A stretch of 64,000 bases of DNA from an uncultured Gammaproteobacteria bacterium (lineage in GTDB: Bacteria > Pseudomonadota > Gammaproteobacteria > CAWCPV01), in the NCBI GenBank assembly GCA_963797555.1, contig CAWCPV010000008.1:32001-96000 (forward strand), given 5' to 3'. Below the pieces are notes generated by a model. The model saw only the letters and a program-made list of their open reading frames with translations. It did not search any database and was not told the DNA's origin. Below are positions 13,026 through 22,409 of this stretch, one piece after another. Each line of letters starts with the position of its first letter. The stretch's first letter is position 1. Made by a program: the position numbers and the translations under genes.

Positions 13026-13197
13026 CTACTTGGGTTCGCGGCCTATCTTTGGTCGCTCGGCGGAAGGATTCTCCGAGCGAAAGAGTTTCCACCGCCGGAG
13101 CTTCACGTTATTCGCGATACTCAGGTCATCACCGGCGAAGCGGCGGTATCCCGGGGACGGCATCTCAGAATGCTGACGGTTGGCTGTGGCGTTGCTA
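13026..13197 (+). repeat. 172 bp duplicate of 12621-12792
   Basis: One mismatch seen; flanked on both sides by TGACCCCAAYGTCGCA. Confidence 0.95.
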
Positions 13198-13304
13198 TGG
13201 GTGACCCCAACGTCGCAGGCCCCAACGTCGCACCGTGCACCAGGGGGGCATCGCATGCACGTCGGGTGGGCAGCGGTGTGGTCCGCCGTCTCCAACGCCG
13301 GCGC

Positions 13305-13662
13305 GGGCCTTGACAGACGCCGCGTGCGCTGTGCAATCTTGTCTCCACGGCGCCGGCTGGCCCCCTGGCGGTGAGCCTCGGTGGGGAGCGGGTCGAGGTA
13401 GTACGCAGTGCAGAAGGTGGCAGAGAAGACCATCGAGGAGGTGTCATGGGAGGCAAGACCGCAATTCGAAGCTGTCCGTCAGACCTGGGCGCTCCGCGCC
13501 GCGGCCGGGATTACGAAGGCGCGCCATCCGGCTCCGGGGTCTCCCGTACGAATAGACCGACCCTGTCCGCCTTTCCCCGGCGAGAAGGCTCTTCACCGCG
13601 ACCCAGCCTCGACCGTTCACGGTGTGTACGTCCTTGTTTTAGCGGAGACTCACGGGCGTCCG
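13305..13662 (+). repeat. ~370 bp promoter/leader module, copy 2
   Basis: TTGACA at 13310; GGAGGTGTC-ATG at 13446; followed by TATACTCGCTCTTAGGC. Confidence 0.85.
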
Positions 13663-13697
13663 TATACTCGCTCTTAGGCGTTCCGAAAGGCTTGGTT

Positions 13698-14323
13698 ATG
13701 AGTTTATTTGGATTTTTGAGCAGGAAGAAACGAGTCTCTGGCACCATTGCCTACTTCGGCTTAGAAGACTGGTGGTTCTCGGCATTCTCCGAGCATGAGC
13801 GCCGATACATCCAACAGAGGTTCCAGCCGTTAGGTTCCTCTGGCAACTCCGTAACTTCCGGTGACATTAGCTATACAAGCCAATCTGTTGGCAGCTTTCT
13901 TAGCGCCTTGGCCGGGTGGTTTGGCAAGAAGGAAGATAGGCCCATTGCATATAGGATTCTAGAGAAAGCTGAAGAACTGTCTAAGACCGAGAGTCAAATT
14001 CTTGATATTCATTTCCTATATGGAGAGCAACTTGCACTCTATTACAAGGACAGAGATAATCCGACGTTCTAGAAAAAGCTATTGAGGCATGCAAACGACA
14101 GATATCACTCGCTGACGCGGCAGCGAGTGCATTCCAAGCCGAGTATAAGGGCGATGCCTTGCCTAGTCACAAGGGGTATGAACAGTTGTCCATCATCTTG
14201 GAAAAGCAGATGAAGTTCGTCGAGACAATCGAGTTATGTACCCAAGCTGCGAAGCAAGGATGGGCTGGGGATTGGGAGAAAAGAATAGAACGTTGTAGCA
14301 AGAAGATAATGAAGAACGCATAA
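13698..14323 (+). CDS. Hypothetical protein (gene cassette), frameshift near 14070
   Basis: Low-GC ORF continuing as LEKAIEACKRQI...PSHKGYEQL...WEKRIERC in a second frame. Confidence 0.7.
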
Positions 14324-14759
14324 TGGTGAATCGTTAGGTCGTAAACTGCAGGATATTTTGCGAAGGACGACCTACTGATTCATCGCGGTGCTGAAATCAA
14401 TTCAAAGGAGACGAAAATGTCAAGAAACGAAGATGCGATGATGCACCTAAGCTGGGCAAGGCAGGCAGAAAAACGAGGAGATTTTTTAGCCGCCAGGATA
14501 GAGTATCTTAAATGTGTAGAGTCTTGGAAACAGGCTGGTGACAATGTGGAGTTAGAAAAAGCGACGAAGGAATATGAAGCGTTCGTAAGACGAGACCCCA
14601 TATTTGAGAAACTCATCTCCGTATTATTACCAATGATTCAGGCCGACCCGGGCGTTTTGCAATCCGACATCGCCAAACAAGCCGAGTCCATGGATTGGGC
14701 AGCGCTTTATAGTTACAACCGGCCGGTAGCAAGGGAAGATATCTATTACGCTCTTTAAT

Positions 14760-16285
14760 GGCTCTTTCCGGAATCGTGTGGGTAGCAATGGCTATGGCGT
14801 GGGGGCATCTGCCTGATCTCCGACACCAGCGGGTGTGTTGAACGGCGAGGCGGGCAGGTGGGCCAGGTTGCCGGCGATGAGGTAGGCGATGGTGATGAGC
14901 GAGTGCGTGGTGCGGTAGCCCCGGGCGCGAGCCTTGGCGGCCTGGATGAGGGAGTTGATGCCCTCGGCGCGGCCGTTGGTGAGGCCCGAGTGGAACGCAG
15001 CGAGCACGCCGTCCCAATGCTCTTTCAGGGTAGTGGCGAGGCGTTTCATGGGCTGCAGGCGGCTACGCCGTGCCCAGCTATACCAGCGCCCGAGGGCGCT
15101 CTCGGCCTGCTCGAGGGTGCTGGCCGTGGCGTAGATATCGCGCAGCGCCTCCTTGAGGCGCCAGGCACGGGCGGTCTGGAGGCGGCGCGGGAGAGCCAGT
15201 GGAAGTCGGTGAGCTGGTCCCAGGTCCAGTCGTGGGCGTCTTTGAGCCAGGTCCAACGGGTGCCTCTGAGGGCGGGCTCGGTCTTGATCTCCTGGCGGCG
15301 CACCGCATCGACCGCCTCGTTGGCGAGCTTGATCACATGGAAGGCATCGAAGCTCACCGTGGCCTGGGGCAGGTGCCTGGCCACCCCGGCGCGGTAGGCG
15401 CCGGACAGGTCGATGCACACCTGCTCGATGGCCTGCGGGTCGCCGCCGTGCGCCTTGAGGTCGGCGGCGAAGGCCGCCACGGTGCTCTGGTCGCGGCCCT
15501 CGCAGGCGAACAGCAGGCGTTTTCCCGTGAGGTCATGGAACAGGCTGATGTAGTGCTGTTCACGCCGGGCAGCGGTCTCGTCCAGACCGATGGCGCGCAC
15601 CTGGGAGTGGTCCTCCTGATCGCGGGCCCTGCCCACGTAGTGCTTGAGTACCGCCCACAGGCGCTCATCGCCCACGCCCAGGTGCCGAGCCACGGTCGCC
15701 ACCGGCATGGCCTGGCACAGCGTGACCACCAGCGCCTCCATCAGCGCCGTGAAGCCACTCTGTGCGCGCGCCCACGGCGCTTCGACCTGGGTCGTCTTGC
15801 CGCAGGCCTCGCAGCGCAATCGCGGCAGATGCGCGTGCAGGTACGCCCGTGACTTAAAGAAGCTCAGGTGCTGCCAACTGCGCTCCCGGGTGTCGTGCAC
15901 CGGCTGGCCTTGCGCTCCGCAGGCCGGGCAGGCAAAGCGGCTGCCCTTGGCAAACGCCACATCGAGGTCGATGCGCCCAGCCTCGGGGTCGAACCGCACG
16001 TCGGTGACCTCCCAAGGCACCGTCAGGCCCAGTGCCGTGGTAAACAGATGCGTGGGCTGCACGGTGCTCCCCCCTTGGATGACGGCCTGTGGATTTGTGG
16101 ACGAGTCCTGCGGAGCGGCCCGCGTCCCAAGGACCGTGTGGACAACCTCCCGGTTGCCCACACTCGCGGGCCTCTCGCCCACAACCCCACAAGCCCACAA
16201 GCCCAACCACAAGATGTTGTGATAAGCGACCAGTCAGGGCAAATGCTACTTCACCACCGCGACCCACACAATTTCCGAAAGAGCC
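14760..16285 (-). mobile_element. ISL3-family insertion sequence
   Basis: IRs GGCTCTTTCCGGAATCGTGTGGGT / ACCCACACAATTTCCGAAAGAGCC; 8 bp target duplication TCTTTAAT/TCTTTATT. Confidence 0.92.
14792..16062 (-). CDS. ISL3 transposase, frameshift near 15185
   Basis: Zn finger CPACG, IGLDET, FDAFHVI, TNGRAEGINS..KARARGYR. Confidence 0.9.
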
Positions 16286-16373
16286 TCTTTATTTCGCTGA
16301 CAAGTTCGGCAGAATCACAAGGACCAAGAAAGGGCGGTCTTATGAAGTACGAATCGCCGGTTAACTACCGACG

Positions 16374-16466
16374 GCCTAAGCCGGTGTTGGAGGCGGGCGC
16401 GGGGAGACGGCACCATGTTTCCTATTATGGCCGGGACCGAGCTGCTAAAACGGCTTAGCGTTAGGC
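16374..16466 (+). other. attC-like site
   Basis: GCCTAAGCCG ... CGGCTTAGC-GTTAGGC. Confidence 0.65.
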
Positions 16467-16488
16467 ATTCCGCGATGGTCGTGGAAAG

Positions 16489-17190
16489 ATGAAAACGCGG
16501 CTCAGAATTCCAAAGATAGTTGAGAAACGTGTATTCCAGGAGGTAGGATCTCGCTGCCCTTTCTGCTCAGAGACCGAGGTTGCCTCTCTGGAAATCCACC
16601 ACATTGATACTGATCCCGCAAATAACCGTTTCGAGAATCTCCTTCTCGTGTGCGCGACATGCCACTCAAAGATAACTGCCGGGATTATCTCTGAGGCAGA
16701 TGTCCAATGGACGAAACGTCATTTCAAAACGCCACTGCAGTCTATTCGCCGCAGCGCTGAGCCTTCCGTGGCGGTGTCAATCTCCCACTCCGAGTTCCGC
16801 GGCGATATAGCTCACACCATCAACAAGATCGCGGCGCCACGTCCTCTACGGATACGACATCCCGAAGGTTCGTTAGGTGCCGACTTGAAGAAAAGAGGTT
16901 ACATTGATTATTTGATTACTCAATACTTTTCGTTCCGAAAAGCTGGCGTTTCGTACGGGGACGTTCGAGCGTTTTCATATGCTGAACTTCATAGGACGAT
17001 TCAAAAGAGGTTCGGGTACAAGACGTTTTTCATGCCTGTAGAGCTATTTTCTTCCCTTGTGAAATTTCTACAACACCGTATTGACCAGACTATTCTCGGA
17101 AAACATCGCCGCAGTGAAGGACAAACAAATTACCACTCGTATGCGGAGCATGTTGAAAAGCATGAGCAAAAGAATGAGGGAGACGCGTAA
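16489..17190 (+). CDS. HNH endonuclease domain protein (gene cassette)
   Basis: CPFC, EIHHI, N..NLLLVCATCH; low GC; stop inside GCGTAAC. Confidence 0.85.
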   Translation: MKTRLRIPKIVEKRVFQEVGSRCPFCSETEVASLEIHHIDTDPANNRFENLLLVCATCHSKITAGIISEADVQWTKRHFKTPLQSIRRSAEPSVAVSISHSEFRGDIAHTINKIAAPRPLRIRHPEGSLGADLKKRGYIDYLITQYFSFRKAGVSYGDVRAFSYAELHRTIQKRFGYKTFFMPVELFSSLVKFLQHRIDQTILGKHRRSEGQTNYHSYAEHVEKHEQKNEGDA

Positions 17191-17270
17191 CCATCGCCGC
17201 GGCCGGCGAGCGGTTCTGAGAGTATCCGGAGGGTCACGGTTGGGCCGCGGTGGCTGAGGGGCAACGTTAT
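17185..17270 (+). other. attC-like site
   Basis: GCGTAAC ... CCGCGGCC/GGCCGCGG ... CAAC-GTTAT. Confidence 0.6.
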
Positions 17271-17408
17271 CGCGCTGGGCAAAGCTCGGCGCCTCTTGCA
17301 GGGTGAAAGTCCCTGTCGGGAAAGGGCTAGCCACCCACCCGTATCGAGTCTTGGGTCCATGGCGGAGCGGCCGATAGGCCGCGAACAAGATGGGCTAAGC
17401 GTAGACAG
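17270..17408 (+). mobile_element. 5' fragment (domain I) of a group II intron
   Basis: CGCGCTGGGCAAAGCTCGGCG, CAGGGTGAAAGTCCCTG, GCTAGCCACCCACCCGTATCGAG, AAGCGTAGACAG; no RT ORF or domain V. Confidence 0.7.
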
Positions 17409-17443
17409 TGGCAGTTAATGGGGTCGTTAATGGGGTCAGACTC

Positions 17444-18948
17444 TAATGGCACTTACTTAACCTTTTTCGGATGTCCGTTCTCGCGGATTTCTTCCCGTAC
17501 GAGCTGTCTTGGCTTGCAGAGCAGCGGAAACGGTTTGGGTCGGCGTTTGACCGCTCTTGGCTCGACGCGCCGGGGGCGTTTCCCGACCCGCTGCTCGGCG
17601 ATCATCACGAGTAAGGCAGACAGAGTGACGGGGTCCTGCGCCCCGCCACGTTGCTGCCACACTGTCCAGATCTGGACGGTATGCTTGAAGCTGAGCTGGC
17701 GCGGGGTCTGATCGGCCAGCCAGGCGGCCTGGGCCATCAGCAACCGGATCAGATTGTAGGCCAGCAGATGAACCCAGACCTCTTTGATCGCCATCTCCGG
17801 GGTCTTGCAGCTCAGCATCTCCATGCCGAGCGTGGTCTTGATGTGGCGTAAGTCCAGCTCCACGTGCCAGCGCCGGCGATACAGCGTCTTGAGGGCGGGC
17901 TTCGGAGTGTGCCTGGGGCAGCAGAGCGTGGTGACCAGGGTCTTGCGGCCGGTGTGTAGCTCGCGCACCTGCAGGCTCTCGGGGGCTTGCTCGTAGTCGG
18001 CCTGGCGCATCCAGTCGGGCTTCTTGGGCTTGTGCAGCACGATGAGGTGGTCGCGCTCGCCGAGCTTCTCGCCCACAGAGAAGTCGATGCTGCGTCGCCG
18101 TGCCCCGTACTGTTCGAATACTCCGTCCACGCCCCGTTGCACCAGCTCGGAGAGCAGGAAATAGGTCGCGTAGAAGGCATCCCCCAAGAGGATGTCACCG
18201 GGGCGCAGGGTATCGAGCTGGGAGCGCAGCAGAGTCTGTTCATCGCTTCCCTTGCCTTGGCACGGGCCCGTGGCCACATCGAGCAACCCGCCACTGCCCA
18301 GGCACAGCAAAGCGACCAGGCGGCACTGGGGAAAACCCAGGCCCGCCTTCTGGCTGGCCGGTTGCGGATAGGCCGCTTGATTCTCCGGTGTATCCGGCAG
18401 CACCACCGTCGCCCCATCGACCAGACGCACCGGGCGACCCTGCCAGTGCCACATCGCCGGGGCACCCTCGGTGATTAGCCGCCCGGTGTGGCGGCACAGC
18501 CGCGTGACCATCTGAAGCGGCAGGCGCTGTCGTGCCTTGCAGTACGCCCCGGTGTGGGTACTGCATCGCGGCAGGCCGCCCACCAGGCGCTTGACCGCAG
18601 CATCATTCACCGCTTGCTGGCAGGAGCGGTCCGCCGAGAGCGTCTGCGCAAGAAACATCGACAGCGTCTCGGTGGGTGCAAACAGCCGCTCACGGTGCTC
18701 CGGCAGCAGCGACTCGACTTGCTCGAACAAGCGCGGGCCGGTGAGCAGGTTGAAAAACGCGTAGGAATCCGTGTTGGCAGCCTGATGACGAACCCGTCGC
18801 TGTTGCTGAACGCAGGCGCAGTGGCTAGGATGCATGAGGGCTGGCTCCCTGGGTGATGGACGTTGTGTTTGGCGACTCAACAGCCTATCACCTACGCCAG
18901 CCCTTCTGCATGCAAATTCAGTCAGTTGCGCTTAAGTAAGTGCCATTC
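17444..18948 (-). mobile_element. IS4-family insertion sequence
   Basis: 16 bp IR AATGGCACTTACTTAA; 11 bp target duplication GGGTCAGACTC; empty site preserved near 19822. Confidence 0.93.
17453..18835 (-). CDS. IS4-family DDE transposase
   Basis: LVDG, LGDAFY, Y..RW.VE...R.IK (YREK). Confidence 0.92.
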   Translation of the reverse strand: MHPSHCACVQQQRRVRHQAANTDSYAFFNLLTGPRLFEQVESLLPEHRERLFAPTETLSMFLAQTLSADRSCQQAVNDAAVKRLVGGLPRCSTHTGAYCKARQRLPLQMVTRLCRHTGRLITEGAPAMWHWQGRPVRLVDGATVVLPDTPENQAAYPQPASQKAGLGFPQCRLVALLCLGSGGLLDVATGPCQGKGSDEQTLLRSQLDTLRPGDILLGDAFYATYFLLSELVQRGVDGVFEQYGARRRSIDFSVGEKLGERDHLIVLHKPKKPDWMRQADYEQAPESLQVRELHTGRKTLVTTLCCPRHTPKPALKTLYRRRWHVELDLRHIKTTLGMEMLSCKTPEMAIKEVWVHLLAYNLIRLLMAQAAWLADQTPRQLSFKHTVQIWTVWQQRGGAQDPVTLSALLVMIAEQRVGKRPRRVEPRAVKRRPKPFPLLCKPRQLVREEIRENGHPKKVK

Positions 18949-20360
18949 GGGTCAGACTCCATTGAGTGCGCGGTGAACTGCATTTCTCCGGCGAGCTGAC
19001 ACACTTGCCGAGCCACCAGGCTTTGCCCACCTGCTCACCGAGTTGCGCTCCCATGGACTGGTGGGCTACTCCAAGCCCCCGTTCGCCGCTCCCGAGCAGG
19101 TGCTGGCCCACAGGCTTCAGGCGGGCCTTGCTCATCAGCTCCTTCCCCAGGAGCCCAATCAGCTCCTCCAGGGTCTGAATCATCGCCAGACTGCTGTCCG
19201 CCGCCACCGCCTGAAGCTCATCGAAGAGCTTCTACGGCGACTGAAATCGAGCCGCTTGATCTTGTCGCCGCTCAGCCGTCGCCGTGTGCACGTGCGAGCA
19301 GATTCTGCCACATGGAGCGCGGATGGTGGCGAAGCCACGGTGCCTCTATTGAATCGATGCAGGGGTGGGTACTGGCGAGCAGCCCGCTGATGGCGCGCCT
19401 AGTCGCCTGGCACGCTGAACCGGGCGCAGGATCGGCTAGCGCGGAGTCGGTGCAGGCGACGTTGCTGTGGATACGGCTGTTGCTCCCCACGCCAAAAGCC
19501 ACCGGACCCTACGGTGTCATGGCGTACGACCACCGCCCCACGCGGCCATCGACCGCTGCCCGCAAGCCGGCTACGGCCCCCTGTAGTCCTCGCCCAATCT
19601 GCCGCTGCGGGCTACCTCTGCCATAGTGCAGTGCGGGGGAGACCACACAGACCGAGACCGGAGAAGGCGGTTTAGTCGCGAACGACATGAGACCACCCGG
19701 CACCAGCAGCGTGCCCGAAGCCAGTACGAACCATCCATGTGGGCGAGGCATGGGGAGGTCCGCCGGAGTCCTCAGGCCGTGGCATGCAGGAAGAGAGGCG
19801 TCAGAGAACCCAGTGGCAGTTAATGGGGTCAGACTCCATTGAGTGCGCGGTGAGCTGCACTTCTCCGGCGAGCTGACACACTTGCCGAGCCACCAGGCTT
19901 TGCCCACCTGCTCACCGAGCTGCGCTCCCATGGCTGGTCTACTCCTAGCCCCGTTGCCGCTCCCGAGCAGGTGTTGGCTTACCTCGGCGCTATGCCCACC
20001 GCGTCGCCATCAGCAATGAGCGGCTCCTCGATTCTCAGACGGCACCGACCGCTTGGCACGCCGCCGGGCGACCTTGCGCATTCCCGGCACCGACAGCAGG
20101 GGCTTCAAGGCAGGCTTCAGGCTCATCAGTTCCTTCCCCAGGAGCCCAATCAGCTCCTCCAGGGTCTGAATCACCGCCAGACCACTGTCCGCCGCCACCG
20201 CCTGAAGCTCATCGAAGAGCTTCTACGGCGACTGAGTCGAGCCGCTTGATCTTGTCGCCGCTCAGCCGTTGCCGGTGCGAGCAGAGTCTGCACATCGAGC
20301 ACGGGGGTGGTGGCGAAGCCACGGCGCCTACCATTGGATCTATGCAGGGGCGGGTACTGC
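18949..20360. repeat. Two diverged copies (18949-19380, 19822-20360) of a mosaic of IS91-like (+) and IS110-like (-) transposase fragments
   Basis: W.GYSKPPFAAPEQVLAYLG.YAHRVAISNERL (Y2 transposase); reverse strand LSGDKIKRL..IQTLEELI..LLSVPG (IS110-like). Confidence 0.75.
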
Positions 20361-20515
20361 TGCTCGCGGGCAGTATACCCGTGTGGCGGGCGGTGTGCGC
20401 GCTCGCTCGCCTTGGGATCTCCTGCGCGGGCACGGCCCCGATGTGGCTCCGCCTGCCTGCCAATCACTAGCCGGGTCTGGACCTGGGCCCGGGGCCAGCC
20501 CTCGGCCCAGGGGCC

Positions 20516-20860
20516 TCACTGGGCGCAGATGGCGATGGCCGTGGTTTGGCGTGCCATGGTGCCGGTGTTGTGCACCATGACATCCCAACCGTGATCGCTC
20601 AGGTTGCCATGGCCGTCGCTGGGCTCGGAGTGAAATACCTTGATGTCATCCGGCGTCTCAATGCTGAACCCGCCGCCGAGGACCTTCTTCCCGGCCGAGC
20701 AGTCCACATGCACCGTTTGGACGGCGCCGCCTGCCACAAGGACGCGGTTTTGCAGGGTCTCGTAACCGTTGATGCCGGCGCAGCCGCCGAGCATGCTGGT
20801 TCCTGCCAGGAAACCGACCAGGATCACAGGGCGAGTCGCAAACCGTTTGGATAGCTGCAT
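20516..20860 (-). CDS. Small putative lipoprotein
   Basis: GGAGG RBS, signal peptide with LGGC lipobox, C.AGKKVLGGG...AICA beta domain. Confidence 0.75.
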   Translation of the reverse strand: MQLSKRFATRPVILVGFLAGTSMLGGCAGINGYETLQNRVLVAGGAVQTVHVDCSAGKKVLGGGFSIETPDDIKVFHSEPSDGHGNLSDHGWDVMVHNTGTMARQTTAIAICAQ

Positions 20861-21254
20861 TTTCGACCTCCGTATGTGTCATGTCGTAGGACCTTCCACG
20901 CGGCCAGGTCATGCCCGCGAGCCGATACCCTAAAGGCAATCGCCGCTGCGGGCAATTCCACGGAAGTAATAGTGCGACAAACCTAGAAAAGGCGGTTTAG
21001 TCGCGAAGGACGTGAGATCTCCCTGGCACCAGCAGGTCAGGGGTTGATCTCCCTGGCGCGGGCATAGGCGCTCTGCGTGGCGGAGCGCGCCTGGATGACT
21101 TCGAACCAGCGCTTGAGTTTTGGGAAGTCGGCCAGGTGCTGGCGCTGCGCCCCGCCGGCACCAATGCCGCTCCACCGCGCGCTCGAACCAGAGGCCGGCC
21201 GCTTGAGTAGCAGGTGGACGTTGGCCAGCCTCGTGGAGACGATGCCGCCCTGCG

Positions 21255-21746
21255 GGGTACCGGCTTCATGCGTATCCGCCATCACGGGCTGCTCGCCAAC
21301 CGCTGCCGCGCCGAGCGCCTGGCACGCTGCCGGGCGCTGCTCGGCCAGCCGGCGCCTGAACGGCGCGAACCGGAGTCGGTGCAAGCAACCCTGCTGCGCC
21401 TCACCGGCATCGACATCCAGCGCGCCCCTATTGCCGGGGAGGGCGGCTGCAGCAGGTCGGGCTCGTGGCGCGGCTTACGGCTGCTGCCCCACTCCAAAGC
21501 CACCGAACCCCCACAGTTCTCATGGCGACGACCACTCCCACGGCCCCGTGTCGTCCTCGCCCACCCTTGACCCCTCGCGGCCACCTCTGCCATAGTACCA
21601 TGCGGGGGACACCAGACCGAGACCGGAGAAGCGGTCCATGCACCACGTAGCCACCCGACCAGCCCGACTCGGAGCGGCCCGAGCGCCGCACCGCCCGCAT
21701 ACAATCCCCATCGCTCCGCGGGCTCAATCCAGCGGTTCAGTTCAAC
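21255..21746 (+). mobile_element. 3' remnant and terminus of an IS91-like (Y2 HUH) element
   Basis: GFMRIRHHGLLANRCR...LTGIDI; terminus CAATCCCCAT...GCGGTTCAGTTCAAC; older copy at ~19390-19680. Confidence 0.75.
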
Positions 21747-21799
21747 ACATTTTTGTCCATCATGCTGCCGCACGACGGACAAAATTCTATTCGTTAGAG
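21740..21799 (+). other. attC site fused to the IS91-like terminus
   Basis: GTTCAAC-ACA-TTTTTGTCC ... GGACAAAA-TTCTATTC-GTTAGAG, then ATG at 21806. Confidence 0.7.
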
Positions 21800-21805
21800 G
21801 CCCCA

Positions 21806-22307
21806 ATGAAAAACCAGAAGCGCTGTCTCGACGTGCTGCGCGACGTCCTAGCCAGATTACCTGGCGAAGCTGCTGACGGAGGCTGAGAGAAGTCGTCGAC
21901 ATCTTGGACAAAGCGTCTCATGTCACAAATCCGCGAGGCTGGCTCAAGGCTGGGGTTTGAAGTACGCCCATGTGCTAGTGCTAAACGCGGTTCCGGTTGG
22001 CTCTATGACATGGTGTGGCTTGTCCGAAGAAACGATCAACTTCTGGCGTCTTTCCTTGTCCTTGAGTCCGAGTGGGAGCCCACACTCGGGAAGATTCTTG
22101 ATGACTTTGAAAAACTCTTGCTGGTGCGCGCCGTAGTTCGTGTGATGGTCTTCAACCATCGGAAAGCCTCTCAAGTGCTGGACACGTTCGTAGAGATGGA
22201 AAAACGTATCCGAGCTTACTCAATGGGCCAAACCAATGACTTATACTTTTTAGCCAGCCTTGGCCTGGGACACCGGCGCGTTCGAGTATCGTGAAGTTCG
22301 CCTCTAA
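21806..22307 (+). pseudogene. Frameshifted cassette gene, possible PD-(D/E)xK nuclease fold
   Basis: WLYDMVW...LVLESEW...DDFEKL; stop inside CTCTAAC. Confidence 0.6.
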
Positions 22308-22388
22308 CTCAGGCCGGTGCGGACGCGCCATCAGCGCCGTGCCACTACTCGCCACTGTGCGGGCCCGCCGCACAGCGAGACATTAGGG
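22302..22388 (+). other. attC-like site
   Basis: CTCTAAC ... GTGCGG/CCGCAC ... ATTAGGG. Confidence 0.6.
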
Positions 22389-22409
22389 GCAGAGGAGCGC
22401 GGCATTTCT

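Larger units (their letters stand above)
14417..16364 (+). pseudogene. Hypothetical cassette gene interrupted by ISL3
   Basis: ...REDIYYAL | ISL3 | YFADKFGRITRTKKGRSYEVRIAG*. Confidence 0.8.

Noticed and set aside
12621-13197. Diversity-generating retroelement template/variable repeat pair
   Set aside because: Only one mismatch seen, no adenine-specific pattern, no reverse transcriptase in the window
16080-16210. Hairpin-rich stretch as a separate ncRNA
   Set aside because: Lies inside the ISL3 inverted repeats upstream of the transposase; no family recognised
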